A stretch of 32,000 bases of DNA. It comes from Paramicrosporidium saccamoebae KSL3. Its lineage: Eukaryota > Fungi > Cryptomycota. Position 1 is the first letter of the stretch. Every line of letters starts with the position of its first letter. The stretch spans positions 148,915-180,914 of the forward strand of contig MTSL01000065.1 in the NCBI GenBank assembly GCA_002794465.1, given 5' to 3'. Below, piece after piece: positions 8,490 to 19,644 of this stretch. Both the position numbers and the translations under genes were made by a program. The notes beneath the pieces were generated by a model. It had not been told where the DNA came from and did not search any database. It worked only from the letters and a program-made list of their open reading frames with translations.

Positions 8490-9602
8490 CTAGCGATTGA
8501 GAGCAACCCGTTGAGCATTGAGTCTGGCGACGGCCATGTTCCGGTCAACAAAGGTGCCGATCAGCTGCGCCAGCAGATTTGGCTGGTCTTCCTGGATTGC
8601 ATGGCCCGTGTTTCGAATAATGCTATTCTGAAACTTGCCTTGCATGGAGGCAATCATTAGAGTACGATCCAGATATTCTCGTTCAGCCAGCACGAGTACT
8701 CGCGGGATTGCACAGTCTACAAACGCTTGAGAGAGCCCGCGGAACCAGTCTTCCCAAAAAGGCCGACATTGTAGAAGATTGACCTTCCATTGAAAAATCC
8801 CCTCCGTTCGGACGAGCTGATCGGGGATTGAGATGGATGCCGATTCCGTGTTTCGACACGTACCAGACATGAGAGCCCAGTAAATTGCATCTTCCAACGT
8901 GGAGAATGACACTGGCCTTCGTGCCAACGTTGCCGGCATGGAGCGCAGAGCCAGAAGAGCAGCCTCCTCCACAATATCAATGACTATCACCCCCGCCACA
9001 TCTGCCAGCAGATTCTGTGTGGCAATCCGACAAACGACTGCTCCGCCGAGACTATGACCTGCCAAGAAGACGTAATGCGGTGCACTGAAGCTCCGACAGA
9101 CATTCTCCACCACGGTAACATAATCGGACAGCAAACAATCCAAGGAGAGGTCGCATTCGTCCCCGGAGGAGGATCCGTGTGCCCGTGCATCAATGCTAAC
9201 GACAGCAATGTGGGGATATTCGAGACACAGCTCCCTCGTCAGTGTGGCAAAGGAGAGTGCAGAGTATCCTGCGCCATGGTGGGTGAATAGGACAGCCTGC
9301 TCCTCGTCTGGCTGTAGACCTCGGGTGTATAATGAAAACTCCTACATTGAGTCAGCGGCCTTGTTCAATGTACTCCCCGCTCCGTGGTCTCGATATGATG
9401 CTCATCAAAATAGTCCTGCCATTTCCCTCTACTCGTTACAATTTCATTAGCCAGTTTACGGGGTGACTGTGGTGGATAATGACTCCTGTTGGTGTTCGTT
9501 CTCTGTCTGGTTTTCATGTTCCGGCTGGCGCTCATATTCCGGTTGACGCTCATAGTCCGGCTGGTGCTCATATTCCGGTTGGTACTCGTATTCGTCGACC
9601 AT
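8490..9602 (-). CDS. PPE1: PP2A methylesterase PME-1 with N-terminal acidic repeat; introns 9429-9459 and 9342-9373
   Basis: Spliced MVDEYEYQPEY...TPGKWQDYFDE...HHGAGYSALSFA...DARAHG; GHSLGG nucleophile, VIDIVE, GHAIQED. Confidence 0.9.
9492..9581 (-). repeat. 18-bp coding tandem repeat, 5 units (QPEYEH/QPDYER/QPEYER/QPEHEN/QTENEH), in PPE1 exon 1
   Basis: CAA CCG GAA TAT GAG CAC / CAG CCG GAC TAT GAG CGT / CAA CCG GAA TAT GAG CGC; early units vary mostly at third codon positions in this frame. Confidence 0.85.
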
Positions 9603-9618
9603 GACCGGGCCAGCTGGG

Positions 9619-10351
9619 ATGTCTGGGCGTGGCCGAGGACGTGGTCGCGGCAAGACTGTTGCTCCACCCAGTGTTGCTAATGCACCGGGATTTGCCGTTC
9701 CCATACCCGCCGTCACGGTCGAGCCGCCACAGCGGTTTCCGGTATATTTTTTGAATCACGACTGACAGTAAGACACAGAATTTGACCGTGCCCAAAGACC
9801 CTTCGGAAGGCGACCAGGCAGCACTGCGGTTTTCCGAAGAGTTGTCACACTTTGCACGCACCTCGCCCTACCATTTGGTGGAAAAGGTGGTGATTACTGA
9901 CAACAAGATTGACCGGTATTCGGACAAGTACGTTGCGCATCTTCGTCCCAAAGACCAGAAAGGCTCTATTCATGCCATAGTCACTGGTATTTCAATCCGT
10001 ATGATTAATGCGTAGACTTGTCCTTTTTTCCAGAAGAACTCTACTCGGTCTACCATCCAGAGCGGTCCCAGAAGCCATCCAGGACGCAGAGTCGGTCTTC
10101 CTCCTTCCTGGACACGCTGGCCAAGCTCAAGGACCTGGAAAAGGCTGACGATGAGAAGCTAAAGTCTCAAGACCAGGACGGCGACACGGACGAAGACGGT
10201 GACGAGGTTGTGTATGAGGAGGAGGAACTAGAAGACGAGACTGACTATAATCTGACATATTTCGACAACGACGACGAATACGGCGACAATGATGACGGCG
10301 ATGGTATTCACAAGTACTGTATTCATATTTGTAGAGGGGCCTGTGTACTAA
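9619..10351 (+). CDS. RPC31: RNA polymerase III subunit Rpc31 (RPC7); 3 short introns; alternative in-frame ATG at 9601
   Basis: MSGRGRGRGRG...EPPQRFP, IDRYSDKY, FFPEEL, acidic tail with DYNLTYFDNDDEYGD. Confidence 0.88.
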
Positions 10352-10613
10352 TAGAGTAGTTTATATTAAAATGTTACTATAAGACTGTTGTGTGGTGGGA
10401 GCATGTCCGCGGTGTCAATATGTAAAGTAGTAAAATGTTTATTACCAACTGCCTTTTATGGATTCACCGGCACAATATCCAAACATTGGCAAGGCAGTGT
10501 TTCCATGCCTCGCCTTGTATAGTGTTGCGTAGTGGAGTTCAGTTTAATAAGACATTAAATCCTTTGTATTCTCCACACACCCCACTCATTAACCAATCCG
10601 CCACTTTACATTA

Positions 10614-11523
10614 TCACCGCTGCTTCTGTGTCTGCGTCTCCCTCAACAGGAACGAGATCCACACATCCGAAAGCCCCTGCTTTATGGCAGGCTGGATTTG
10701 TTCCCCTCTCACGCCCACTCGCTGCAGCTCTTCCGCTGTCATGCCGAGGGAACGCCCGAGGATCATCCAGACTTCGGTGTGAGGGATCTTTGGTGATGGG
10801 CCGAGGAGTGAAAGGAGCAATGATCGGATGTAACCCCTATGGTGTCAGAATATGGAAATACGTACTTGTCAATAGAACCATCCCGTCCCTCCTTGTTCTC
10901 GCCCTTGATCAGAGCGGATATTTCACCACGCAGCATATTCACTATGATAAATTTAGTCTACAGCTTTAGTGTACCTTCTTCATTAAGCTGATCAATCAGA
11001 CAGTTGCGGGAATTCAGATCCTTGCTCAGCTTGGCAACAATTTTACTTTCTTCGGGGCTAGCATCACAGACAGTCTTTTCCGCCAGTCGCTTTTCTAAAT
11101 CCAAAACCTTTTTCCGCGCCTCTAAGAGTCCAACTGAAACTTCCTCTTGCACATCTACGTCGTTATAGTCTGTATTCAGTGTTTACTTGATTGCAGCATG
11201 ACGAGGGCGGTCTGTAGATTGTTGTTCTTCTCAGTGAGCTCCTCGATACTTCCCTCCTGTCTCATGATAATCTCCTTTAATTTTTCATTCTCAGCATGAA
11301 GCTGCTCCACTATTAGCGCAAAGTCCGGCTCCTCCTCACGCTGCAGTTCGCGAATAATCTTGTCTCGCTCTGCGAGATTGGCCTCAAGCTCTTCGATGTT
11401 CTGCCGAGTCTTGACAGAATCTTCATTAATTTCAGCATCAAGTTGGAGCAGGAACGACTTTAGTCTCTCAACCTCATCGCGGTACTTGCTGAAATCCTCT
11501 GCGGGTGGAGCCGCCGTTGACAT
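10614..11523 (-). CDS. Short coiled-coil golgin with GRAB domain and GA1 motif (Rud3/GMAP-210-like); 3 short introns
   Basis: Heptad-rich exons, then IDKGYIRSLLLSLL...EVWMILGRSLGMTAEELQRVGV and LSDVWISFLLRET, resembling GRAB and GA1. Confidence 0.7.
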
Positions 11524-11547
11524 CTAAAAGAAAAATAATTTCCATGA

Positions 11548-11619
11548 TGCGTTGGCCGGGAATCGAACCCGGATCCCATGCTTGGAAGGCATGGATGCTA
11601 ACCATTATACCACCAACGC
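11548..11619 (-). tRNA. tRNA-Gly(TCC)
   Basis: GCGTTGG/CCAACGC acceptor stem, CATGC-CTTCCAA-GCATG anticodon arm, CCGGG-TTCGATT-CCCGG T arm, downstream T-run. Confidence 0.97.
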
Positions 11620-11667
11620 TCTTATTAAAGGTGCAATGGGTATCTAAATATAAATAAATTTGTTAAA

Positions 11668-13628
11668 ATGAACGGCTCGACCAAGACTGATACAGAGACC
11701 ATCAGGCTACTCGACAACATCAACAATGAACTTCAAGCCTCAATCGAGAATCTCAATGCCATTCACCAATCGGCGAGGTCGCTTCAAGTCAAATCAAACC
11801 GCGTCAGCTCTGGTCTCGCCAACCGCCATGTAAACACTCCTTAGCACACTCATCATAGCAAGTCCATGCTGAGCTGCAAAGTGTACTGGACACTCTGCAG
11901 ATTCCCGATTCTGTTTCCCGGTAATTATTCAGCGTCCCTGATTGAATAGTGTGATTAGGTCGGGAGTGGTGGACGTGGAATTTCAAGAAGCCGCGGCTGA
12001 GCTCGACACCCGAATGGGATTCGCATCCGATGCTCAGGCACAGGGCATCCGCTGTGCCGGCGAGACTCTGGTCTCTGGTGGCGAGCTGTTGCGCCAAGCA
12101 TGCCACAAGACGGACCGGCACTTTACCGCTCGCCTGAACGGACTCGGCACAGAGATAGGAAACTTGGGCGCGTTGCAACAGTTGGTATTTATAAGGTTGG
12201 AGGGATTGTATGGAATCCTAGACAAGTATGACAACCCAAAGGCGGGATCGTGGAGGAGAGGATATGTCCAGGCCGCACGGATATACTATTACCGGACATA
12301 CAGAGACGCAGTGGAACAATTTAGTGTCAAGAAATCAGTGCCGTTGCCCGCCACACCACTTATCGGCGAAACTAAATCCACAAATGGTATTAGATCACGA
12401 ATAATGACCTAATATGTGTAGCACTATTTAGCAAGCTGAAAGACGTCTTTGGCGCTTCATCTGCACCAACACCCCAATCAAAGTCTCCCATTGAAGCTGT
12501 CGAGCAATCCGAGCTGGTGAGCCGACTCATTGCCATATTACAGGTGCTATTCGACATGATTGAGAGGGAATGTCTGTTCGCGCGCAATTTCTTCAAGATC
12601 CGGTCGGAAGATACCAAGGCTTACTTGAAGGAAATATTTGTTCGTCCAATTGCGTCGTTCCATCGAAGAATGCAAGAGCAACTCATTGTGGCTGCGAATG
12701 TGAGCGAGGTGATGCAGCTATATGGTCGGATATGTGAACTGGACGCACGGGTAGACGAAAATGCCTATCTAGCAGGAACCTTTAAAATGTACAGGTCGTT
12801 TGTGTGCACCCGAATCGAGGTGCTCCTGATCAACCAAGTGAAGAGTCTTGACATGGCCATCAGTCAAGAGACTGCACAGACTAATATTTCTTTGGTTACT
12901 CGTCGCTTTGCAGACTTTTTGGTTGGGATTGTCGCCTCGGCGGGAAATTTCATCGATTCGACTGAATTAAAAGACAGGTACATTTGACGATAAATCAAAC
13001 TGTTAGGTTGAGTCCGACACTACAATCGATGGAAAAGTATCTTAGCCAAGTCGCTGCTACCTCGATGAATGCGCGATCGCAGTCCATTTACATGATCAAC
13101 AACTATGACTATCTCATGACGTTTTTCGAGGTAGCTGGAAGACATCTTTGTGACGTTTAGAGTTCATTGCAAAAACTCAAGGTTGGACAGGTGTTTTTGA
13201 CCGACTTGATTCACGAGTATGACCAGAAACTCGAGCAAGTCGTAGGAATTTTTGTCACCGAAGAGCTTCGACCGTATTTTTCGCAGCTTTTCGAGTTTCT
13301 GGCTGCCGACGATCTAGGCCATCCCGTCGAGGATCCTGCCATCATGACGCCCATAATATCCGATTTCAATGGCCAGGTCTCAGTGCGGATAAAGGCGATT
13401 AACAATGCGGTGATTCAAGACTTTTCCGATTATCGCACGGCCATTTTTGTCGTCAATGTCATTTTTACCCAACTATTGACGGCCTACCAGCAATTCCTCG
13501 AAATCCATGACCAGCTCATTGGCAAGTGCGCCCAGCCAGAAGACGCGCCGCTACCCCTCAGTCCTTCCGAGGTGGAGCAGATCCTGCGTCACTTCCATCC
13601 GGCCTTTGCACCGGCTCGTCGTAAATAA
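11668..13628 (+). CDS. VPS52: GARP complex subunit Vps52, divergent; 5 short introns
   Basis: Exons join in frame through GT-AG introns; MIERECLFARNFF and IYMINNYDYLMTFFE resemble Vps52 motifs. Confidence 0.72.
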
Positions 13629-13636
13629 AATTTATT
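13624..13636. terminator. Back-to-back polyadenylation signals AATAAA-A-TTTATT fused with the stop codons of VPS52 and UNG1
   Basis: Plus-strand TAA 13626-13628 and minus-strand TAA 13634-13632 each lie inside an AATAAA; 3-bp intergenic gap. Confidence 0.7.
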
Positions 13637-14687
13637 GAGGCAATTGCCAGTCGATTGGTTTACGACCATGGCTTTGGAGATATTCGTTTGCTTTGCTGAA
13701 ATGCTGACACCCAAAGAAGCCCCGTGAGGCGCTGAGCGGGGAGGGATGGACACCCGTCAGTACCAAATGCCGTTTTCGGTCGATCATGCTGGCCTTTTTT
13801 TGGGCATGATTTCCCCACAGGATAAATACGACATTCATGCGCTCCTTGCTAATGGCACGAATGACTGCATCCGTAAATTGCTCCCATCCTCGTCCAGAAT
13901 GCGATGCCGGTTCGTGGGCTCGCACCGTCAGCGCCGTGTTCAGCAATAGCACGCCCCTCTGCGACCAGCTCGTCAAATCGCCATGTGCTGGTGGCACAAA
14001 AGAGACATCCTTGGCGAGTTCCTTGTAAATGTTAAGCAGACTTGGTGGGATGGCGGTTCCGCGAGGAACGGAGAAGCAGAGTCCCATGGCCTGCTTGAAA
14101 TTGTGATATGGATCCTGGCCGATGATCACCACCTTGAGAGTGGAAAAGGCACATTGTGTCCAGGAGTAGATGAGAGGAGAGGGGGGAAACACTGTGTGAC
14201 GACGTTGCTCCTCCAAAAGAAATTCTTTGAGACGACGGAAGTAGGGCTTTGTAAGCTCTTGATGTAGAATTTTGATCCATTCGGCAGGCAATTGTTCAAT
14301 CTCCAAGGCTAAAAATTCTTGTTCTTCGGGGGTGAGATTGATAGACACTACTGAAGTATCCGAGTTTAAAGTGTCTTTGAGAGGGGGGGTGGAATCCAGA
14401 GTGACGCTTTGGGGAGTAAAATTAAGAGTCTCGCTATCTAAATCGGTGCTATTCACGCCTCCATTCACACGGTCATTCACCCCGCCGCTATTCCCACTAC
14501 TGGTAGATTCTTTAGTGGAATCGAAAGTTTGAATTGGTATGGGTGAGGATATAATGTCTGCACCAGTCTGTTTCTGCACCTTTGAAAAATGCGCCAATAT
14601 CGATGACTGCACCTTTCCCTTTTTCGCCGATCCCATCTTGTCATTCTGTTCAGTAGGCCTCTTTCCATCATGGTTTGCAGTCGTCAT
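13632..14687 (-). CDS. UNG1: Uracil-DNA glycosylase, family 1, intronless, with disordered N-terminus and PIP-like QSSILAHF
   Basis: VVIIGQDPYH, GLCFSV, GVLLLNTALTV, HPSPLSASRGFFGCQHFSKANEYL. Confidence 0.97.
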   Translation of the reverse strand: MTTANHDGKRPTEQNDKMGSAKKGKVQSSILAHFSKVQKQTGADIISSPIPIQTFDSTKESTSSGNSGGVNDRVNGGVNSTDLDSETLNFTPQSVTLDSTPPLKDTLNSDTSVVSINLTPEEQEFLALEIEQLPAEWIKILHQELTKPYFRRLKEFLLEEQRRHTVFPPSPLIYSWTQCAFSTLKVVIIGQDPYHNFKQAMGLCFSVPRGTAIPPSLLNIYKELAKDVSFVPPAHGDLTSWSQRGVLLLNTALTVRAHEPASHSGRGWEQFTDAVIRAISKERMNVVFILWGNHAQKKASMIDRKRHLVLTGVHPSPLSASRGFFGCQHFSKANEYLQSHGRKPIDWQLPQ

Positions 14688-14857
14688 GCCTGGATATCCT
14701 GATGTCTGGATTTATAATGCTTTCTATCCAGTTATTTCAATATTTCAAAGGTGTACTACCCCAATATCGCAATAGCCTGACCAGGTCAAGTTTAAAACTT
14801 GGAAATGATTTTGTTCGTTTGAACCCTGGCTCGATCTTCGTCTTTGACAGGCCCGAG

Positions 14858-17800
14858 ATGATGGCGTCTCCTGACTTGTCCTCTCTCTATTATCTGCTGA
14901 CCAGCTCACTCAGCCAGCAGGAGCAGCTTCGTAAGGAAGCCGAGACGCAACTTGAACAGGTAGACGAGTGTGGCGACTAATATGGGTGTAGGCATCGACA
15001 GCGGCTGGGTTCAGTGTGGCGCTACTTCAGGTGGCAGCGGGTCAGAGCGGAGATGCGTCGGCCCGTCAGGCGGCAGCAGTCTATTTCAAGAATCTGGTGA
15101 ACAAGCGCTATGATCCGTATGAGGAAGGCAAAGTCCCAGCGCTGAGTGACGAGGATAAGATCCAAATTAGGACGCTTGTGGTGAGAGCGGTGATGGAGTG
15201 TTCCCCCGTAGTCCGGCCGCAGCTGATCGCGGCAACGCATAAAATAATCCGTGCAGATTTCCCAAAGCGATGGCCCAACTTGGTGGAGGAGCTGTATCCT
15301 CTGATCACCTGTGGTGAAGCAGAGCGAGTTATTTCAGCGTTGGCAATTTTCCACGAGGTAGTCTCCTGGCACGGCGGAACAGCCGTGGATGACACCCGCG
15401 AGCTGATCCACGGAAGAATGTTCCCAGTGCTTCTGTCCATTCTGCAGACCCAAATGGAGATGGCAGCCAAGCTCGACAAGGAGGCAGTTATTATTGTCAA
15501 ATCCATTTTAAAGAGCTTCCACGCCGCCATCCAATACCGCTTCAGCACGCATTTGCTGTTAGGTGATGCTTTTAGCAATTGGTGCACAGCCGTGACGCAC
15601 GTCATCCAACTCGCCCCACCGGCCGAGATTTTGGCACTGAGCGGCGAGGAGACGGAGGCGCATATTTACTGGAAAATGAAGAAATGGGCGGTGCGGATCC
15701 ACAACAAAATCTTTCAGCGTTATGGGTGCGCCAAATTGGACTCGTTTAACAATCCCGACAATATGCCGTTTGCTAAATTCTATATGGAGCAGGTGGCACT
15801 TCCCGTCCTTGGCGTCTATTTGGGTCAGATTGAGCTGTCTCTGCAAGGAAAGAATCCCTTCAGTGAACGTATCTTCAGTCTGCTGACCGAGTTTTTGGAA
15901 AGTTGTATCCGTCACAAAAAGACATGGGAGGTGGTGCAGAAACACGCCATGGACTTGGTGACGCATTTCATGTTCCCACGCATCTGCTTCACTGAGGAGG
16001 ACCAAGAGATGTGGGATGCGGATGGAGAGGAGTATGTACGCACCAAACTCGATCCATTTGAAGAGATTTATTCGGCGCAGTCAGCCAGTATCAACTTTAT
16101 CCTCGATCTGATCAAATGCCGCAAGAAGACAATGTTTGTTCCAGTCTTGCAATTTGTGAATCAGACCATGTCGGCCTCCACATCGGATGTTGCCTCCCAA
16201 CGGCGTAAGGACGGTGCCCTCTTCATTATGGGATCTATTGCGACAGTGCTGATGGCGTCTGACTTTAAGAGCCAAATTGAGCCGGTGGTGGCTTCGTTTG
16301 TGATTCCCGAGCTGGCCAGTCCGCAGGGTTTCCTGCGCATGCGAGCCTGCTGGACGTTGGAGCAGTATGACGAGATGGAGTACAGTCAGACTGTGTGTAT
16401 GAGTGCCCTTCAGGGGGTCCTTACCTGTCTGACTGACAAGGAACTGCCCGTAAAGGTGGCAGCTACGGGTGCTCTTGGAGCGCTGCTGGATAATGACACG
16501 ACGCAAAAGGCATTGCCTCCGTATTTGGGTAAAATCATGGAATCGATCCTGGCGTTGGCGAATGAGATCCAACTAGACTCATTGTCGTTTGTGCTAGAAC
16601 GTCTGGTGCAAATGTTTGCCGACGAGTTGGCGCCATACTCTGTGCAGCTGTGCGTGCAACTGCGCGACACGGTGGCGCGTCATTTGGAGGGCTACCAGAA
16701 CGTGCTGGACGTGGACGCAGCTGACGACAACTTTGGACAGAATGCGGACAAAATGATGGCAGTGGTGGGAATGTTCAAAGCCATTGAGACACTGATTGAT
16801 TCGATGGGAAAGACCCCCGAGTTGGTCACTAAGATGGAGGAAATTGTGTTGCCGCTATTAGCCATGGTCTTGGATCGTCGCATCATTGACGTGTATGAGG
16901 AGACCTTTGAGTTGATTGACTCGATTACCTTTTCACGGAAACAGATTAGCCCGACATTGTGGACTCTGTTCCCCTATATCCATCGCGCCTTCCAAGACTG
17001 TGGAGCTGACTATATCCAGGACATGCAAACGACTCTTGATAACATCATCTCCTACGGCAGTGCCGCCTTGATGGCTAACCCTGAATATATGCGCATGCTC
17101 ATGGACATTGTACGCACCACTATGACATCCGACGAGTTTAGCGAATACGATCGCGTCTACGGCTGTCGATTGATGGAATCGCTAATGCTGAACTGTCGCG
17201 GCCACGTGGATGCCGTCCTAGGCGAGTTTATTGCGGCAGTGGGCCCCACAATCTCTGATCCTGAAGAATGCTCGCAATCGGTGGTAGTGCATCATCTGGA
17301 AGTGATCATTAATGCATTGTATTACAATGCTGGATTAGCATTGCAGCACTTGGAGCAACTGCAATTGACAGCACCCTTCTTCACCTTGTGGTTTAGCAAG
17401 GCGGAGCGCTTCTCCCGAGTCCACGACAAACGTCTTATTATTGTGGCATTGTCAACGCTCATGACGCTGCCTTTGGCGCATTTGCCGCCGTTCCTGCAGC
17501 AAAACTGGCGTTTCGTACTGCCCGTCTATCTGACTGCCATCCAAACTCTTCCCAAGGCGCTGGAGGAGCGACGCAAGCTGGAAGAGGAGGATCAATCGGC
17601 TGATGATTCGGAATATGACGAACTCAGTGACGGTGACTATGACGAGATCAACGACGACGGACCCGGAGAGGCGGAAGAGGAGTTTGTGCCAGCAACCCGC
17701 AAGGTAGACGAGTACAATTACAATGACTACAGCGACGACGAGTCCTATGAAGATGATCTGGAGGAGGAAGTGTTCTTTGAGACACCGTTGGATACGGTTG

Positions 17801-17928
17801 ATGTATCTGCATTGGTGCAGCAATCGCTTGCCCAACTTCAGACCCAACCCGAGTCATTCCAGCAACTGACCCAAGCCCTATCCTCGGAGCAGGCTGTCTT
17901 TTTACAATCTCTCCTATCTGCCCATTAA
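14858..17928 (+). CDS. Importin-7/8 family karyopherin (Nmd5/Sxm1-like); intron 14960-14991
   Basis: IBN_N motif RQAAAVYFKNLV, DFPKRWP, YWKMKKWA, RMRACW, acidic C-terminus. Confidence 0.92.
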
Positions 17929-17940
17929 TAAACTGCAAGA

Positions 17941-18000
17941 TAGTTATTGGTAGCGTTAATGGTATTGGTAGTGTTAGTAATGTTGGAGCATTAGCAGTTG
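17941..18000. repeat. Degenerate 9/18-bp GT-rich repeat after the importin stop
   Basis: TAGTTATTGGTAGCGTTA / ATGGTATTGGTAGTGTTA / GTAATGTTGGAGCATTAG. Confidence 0.45.
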
Positions 18001-18076
18001 TCGGTGACTGAGATTGATGGTTGGAATCGTAGTCGTTATATCATTGGTATCACCTGTAGCACCTATGTATACTCAT

Positions 18077-18196
18077 ATCAACTACACCATTTATACCCAC
18101 TCTCACATCAACTACACCATTTATATCCACTCTCATCACAGCTATATCGTTCAGATCCCACATAACATCAACTACACCATTTATATCCGCAATACA
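18077..18196. repeat. 30-bp tandem repeat, 4 units (third degenerate), between convergent importin and RRP3
   Basis: ATCAACTACACCATTTATA(C/T)CC begins at 18077, 18107 and 18167. Confidence 0.85.
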
Positions 18197-18207
18197 TAGA
18201 AGTAGGT

Positions 18208-19571
18208 TTATTCAGCATATTCGGGGCGAGAATCAGCATCAACAGTCTTGCGCTTGGACCGGTCTTTGGCACTAGCCTCTTCCTCGCGGATCTGCTGCAT
18301 GGCAATCCTCTGGGCCTCATAAACCCGCGCCTGTAATAGACCCACAGCCTCTTTGGGAACATCATAGGCCGGTAGACGCTTTCCAATCAGCTGCTCAATG
18401 CGCTGATACCCCTCCACATCATATTGAGTGACCATAGACACGGATTTTCCGGTCCGGCCTGCTCGAGCTGTGCGTCCCACTCGATGCACATAGTCCTTGG
18501 AGTTGGCAGGAATGTCGTAATTAAGGACACAATCTACCGCAGGAATATCAAGGCCACGTGACGCCACGTCTGTAGCAATCATAATTCCCCGTTCACCGGC
18601 ACGGAATTTGGCCAACGCGCCGATGCGTTGTGGCTGCGGCATTTGGCCATGCAGCGGCACTGCGGCAAAGCCCAAATTGCGCACCATAAGCGCCAGTCGT
18701 TGGGCTGTGGCGCAGGTGGCCACAAAGACAATCGTTGTCCTCCCCGCCATCTCATTTAACAGCCAAACCAAGTAACAGTCCTTCAGCTTAGCCGGTAGGA
18801 ATACGTAATATTGCAACAACGTGTCCACTGTCGAATACTTTGTGCTGACTTCTACTTTAACCGGATCCACCAATGACGCCCGTTGCAGTTTGGCTACTTT
18901 ACTTGTCATTGTGGCCGAGAACAAGAACGTCCGACGCGTTGTTGGTATTACCCGCAGGATTTTGTCAATTTCCGGCCCAAAGTCCATGTTCAGCAGACGA
19001 TCTGCCTCATCAAGCACCAAAAAACGCAGTTTTTTCAAATTAAAGCCGCGTGTATTCTCCAAATGGTCCACCAGACGCCCCGGCGTTGCCACTATGACAT
19101 GCGGTTTCTTTGACAGTGCAATCGCCTGCGCCATCATATCCACTCCGCCTACTATTACTGCTGCCCGTACTCCTATCGTCGCACCCAACGCCTCTGTCTG
19201 TTCGGCAATCTGCATCGCCAACTCTCGTGTCGGTGCCAAGATGCACGCACTTAGCGGCTGAGGGTTTTCCAATAGTCCTTGCAGGATGGGCAGCGCAAAT
19301 GCCGCCGTCTTTCCCGATCCCGTCTGTGCCAATCCAATAATATCGCGGTCTGCAACGTTAGTCATTCTCAAATGGTACTTTTCAGAGCAAACGGAATGGC
19401 TTCCGACTGGATCCGCGTCGGTCGGTGAAAGCCCAGCTGTTCACACGCAGTACACAGTGCTTCTGTGAGTCCCTATAAATCAGTTGCGCTGCATCCCGCC
19501 CTTACCAAAGATGCAAACGTCGCCGTTTCGGCCACATCAGCCGTCTCATTTTCGTTTCCTTCCAAAGTCAT
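18208..19571 (-). CDS. RRP3: DEAD-box rRNA-processing helicase Rrp3/DDX47; 2 short 5' introns
   Basis: [68 protein letters not shown]. Confidence 0.95.
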
Positions 19572-19644
19572 CTTGACCCCACCCCGGTCGCCCACTGCCA
19601 TTTTCAGTCTCCCCCTCCCTCCAATACAATTTGACAATATTATT

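Noticed and set aside
9365-9667. ORF-track frame (MEQQSCRD...STNRNMSTSRT) as the PPE1 N-terminus
   Set aside because: Repeat variation is mostly synonymous in the QPEYE frame, a 31-nt GT-AG intron joins that frame to WQDYF, and the longer ORF runs antisense into RPC31.
10451-10459. GCCTTTTAT resembling U5 snRNA loop 1
   Set aside because: It mismatches GCCUUUUAC, the flanks are not complementary, and no Sm site is evident.
14675-14857. In-frame upstream extension of importin exon 1
   Set aside because: The importin N-terminal domain begins at MMASPDL, and the extension overlaps the UNG1 start and looks non-conserved.
18014-18199. 61-aa ORF with HINYTIY repeats, or a CRISPR-like array
   Set aside because: It is the translation of a head-to-tail 30-bp minisatellite with no unique spacers and no cas genes, in a eukaryotic context.
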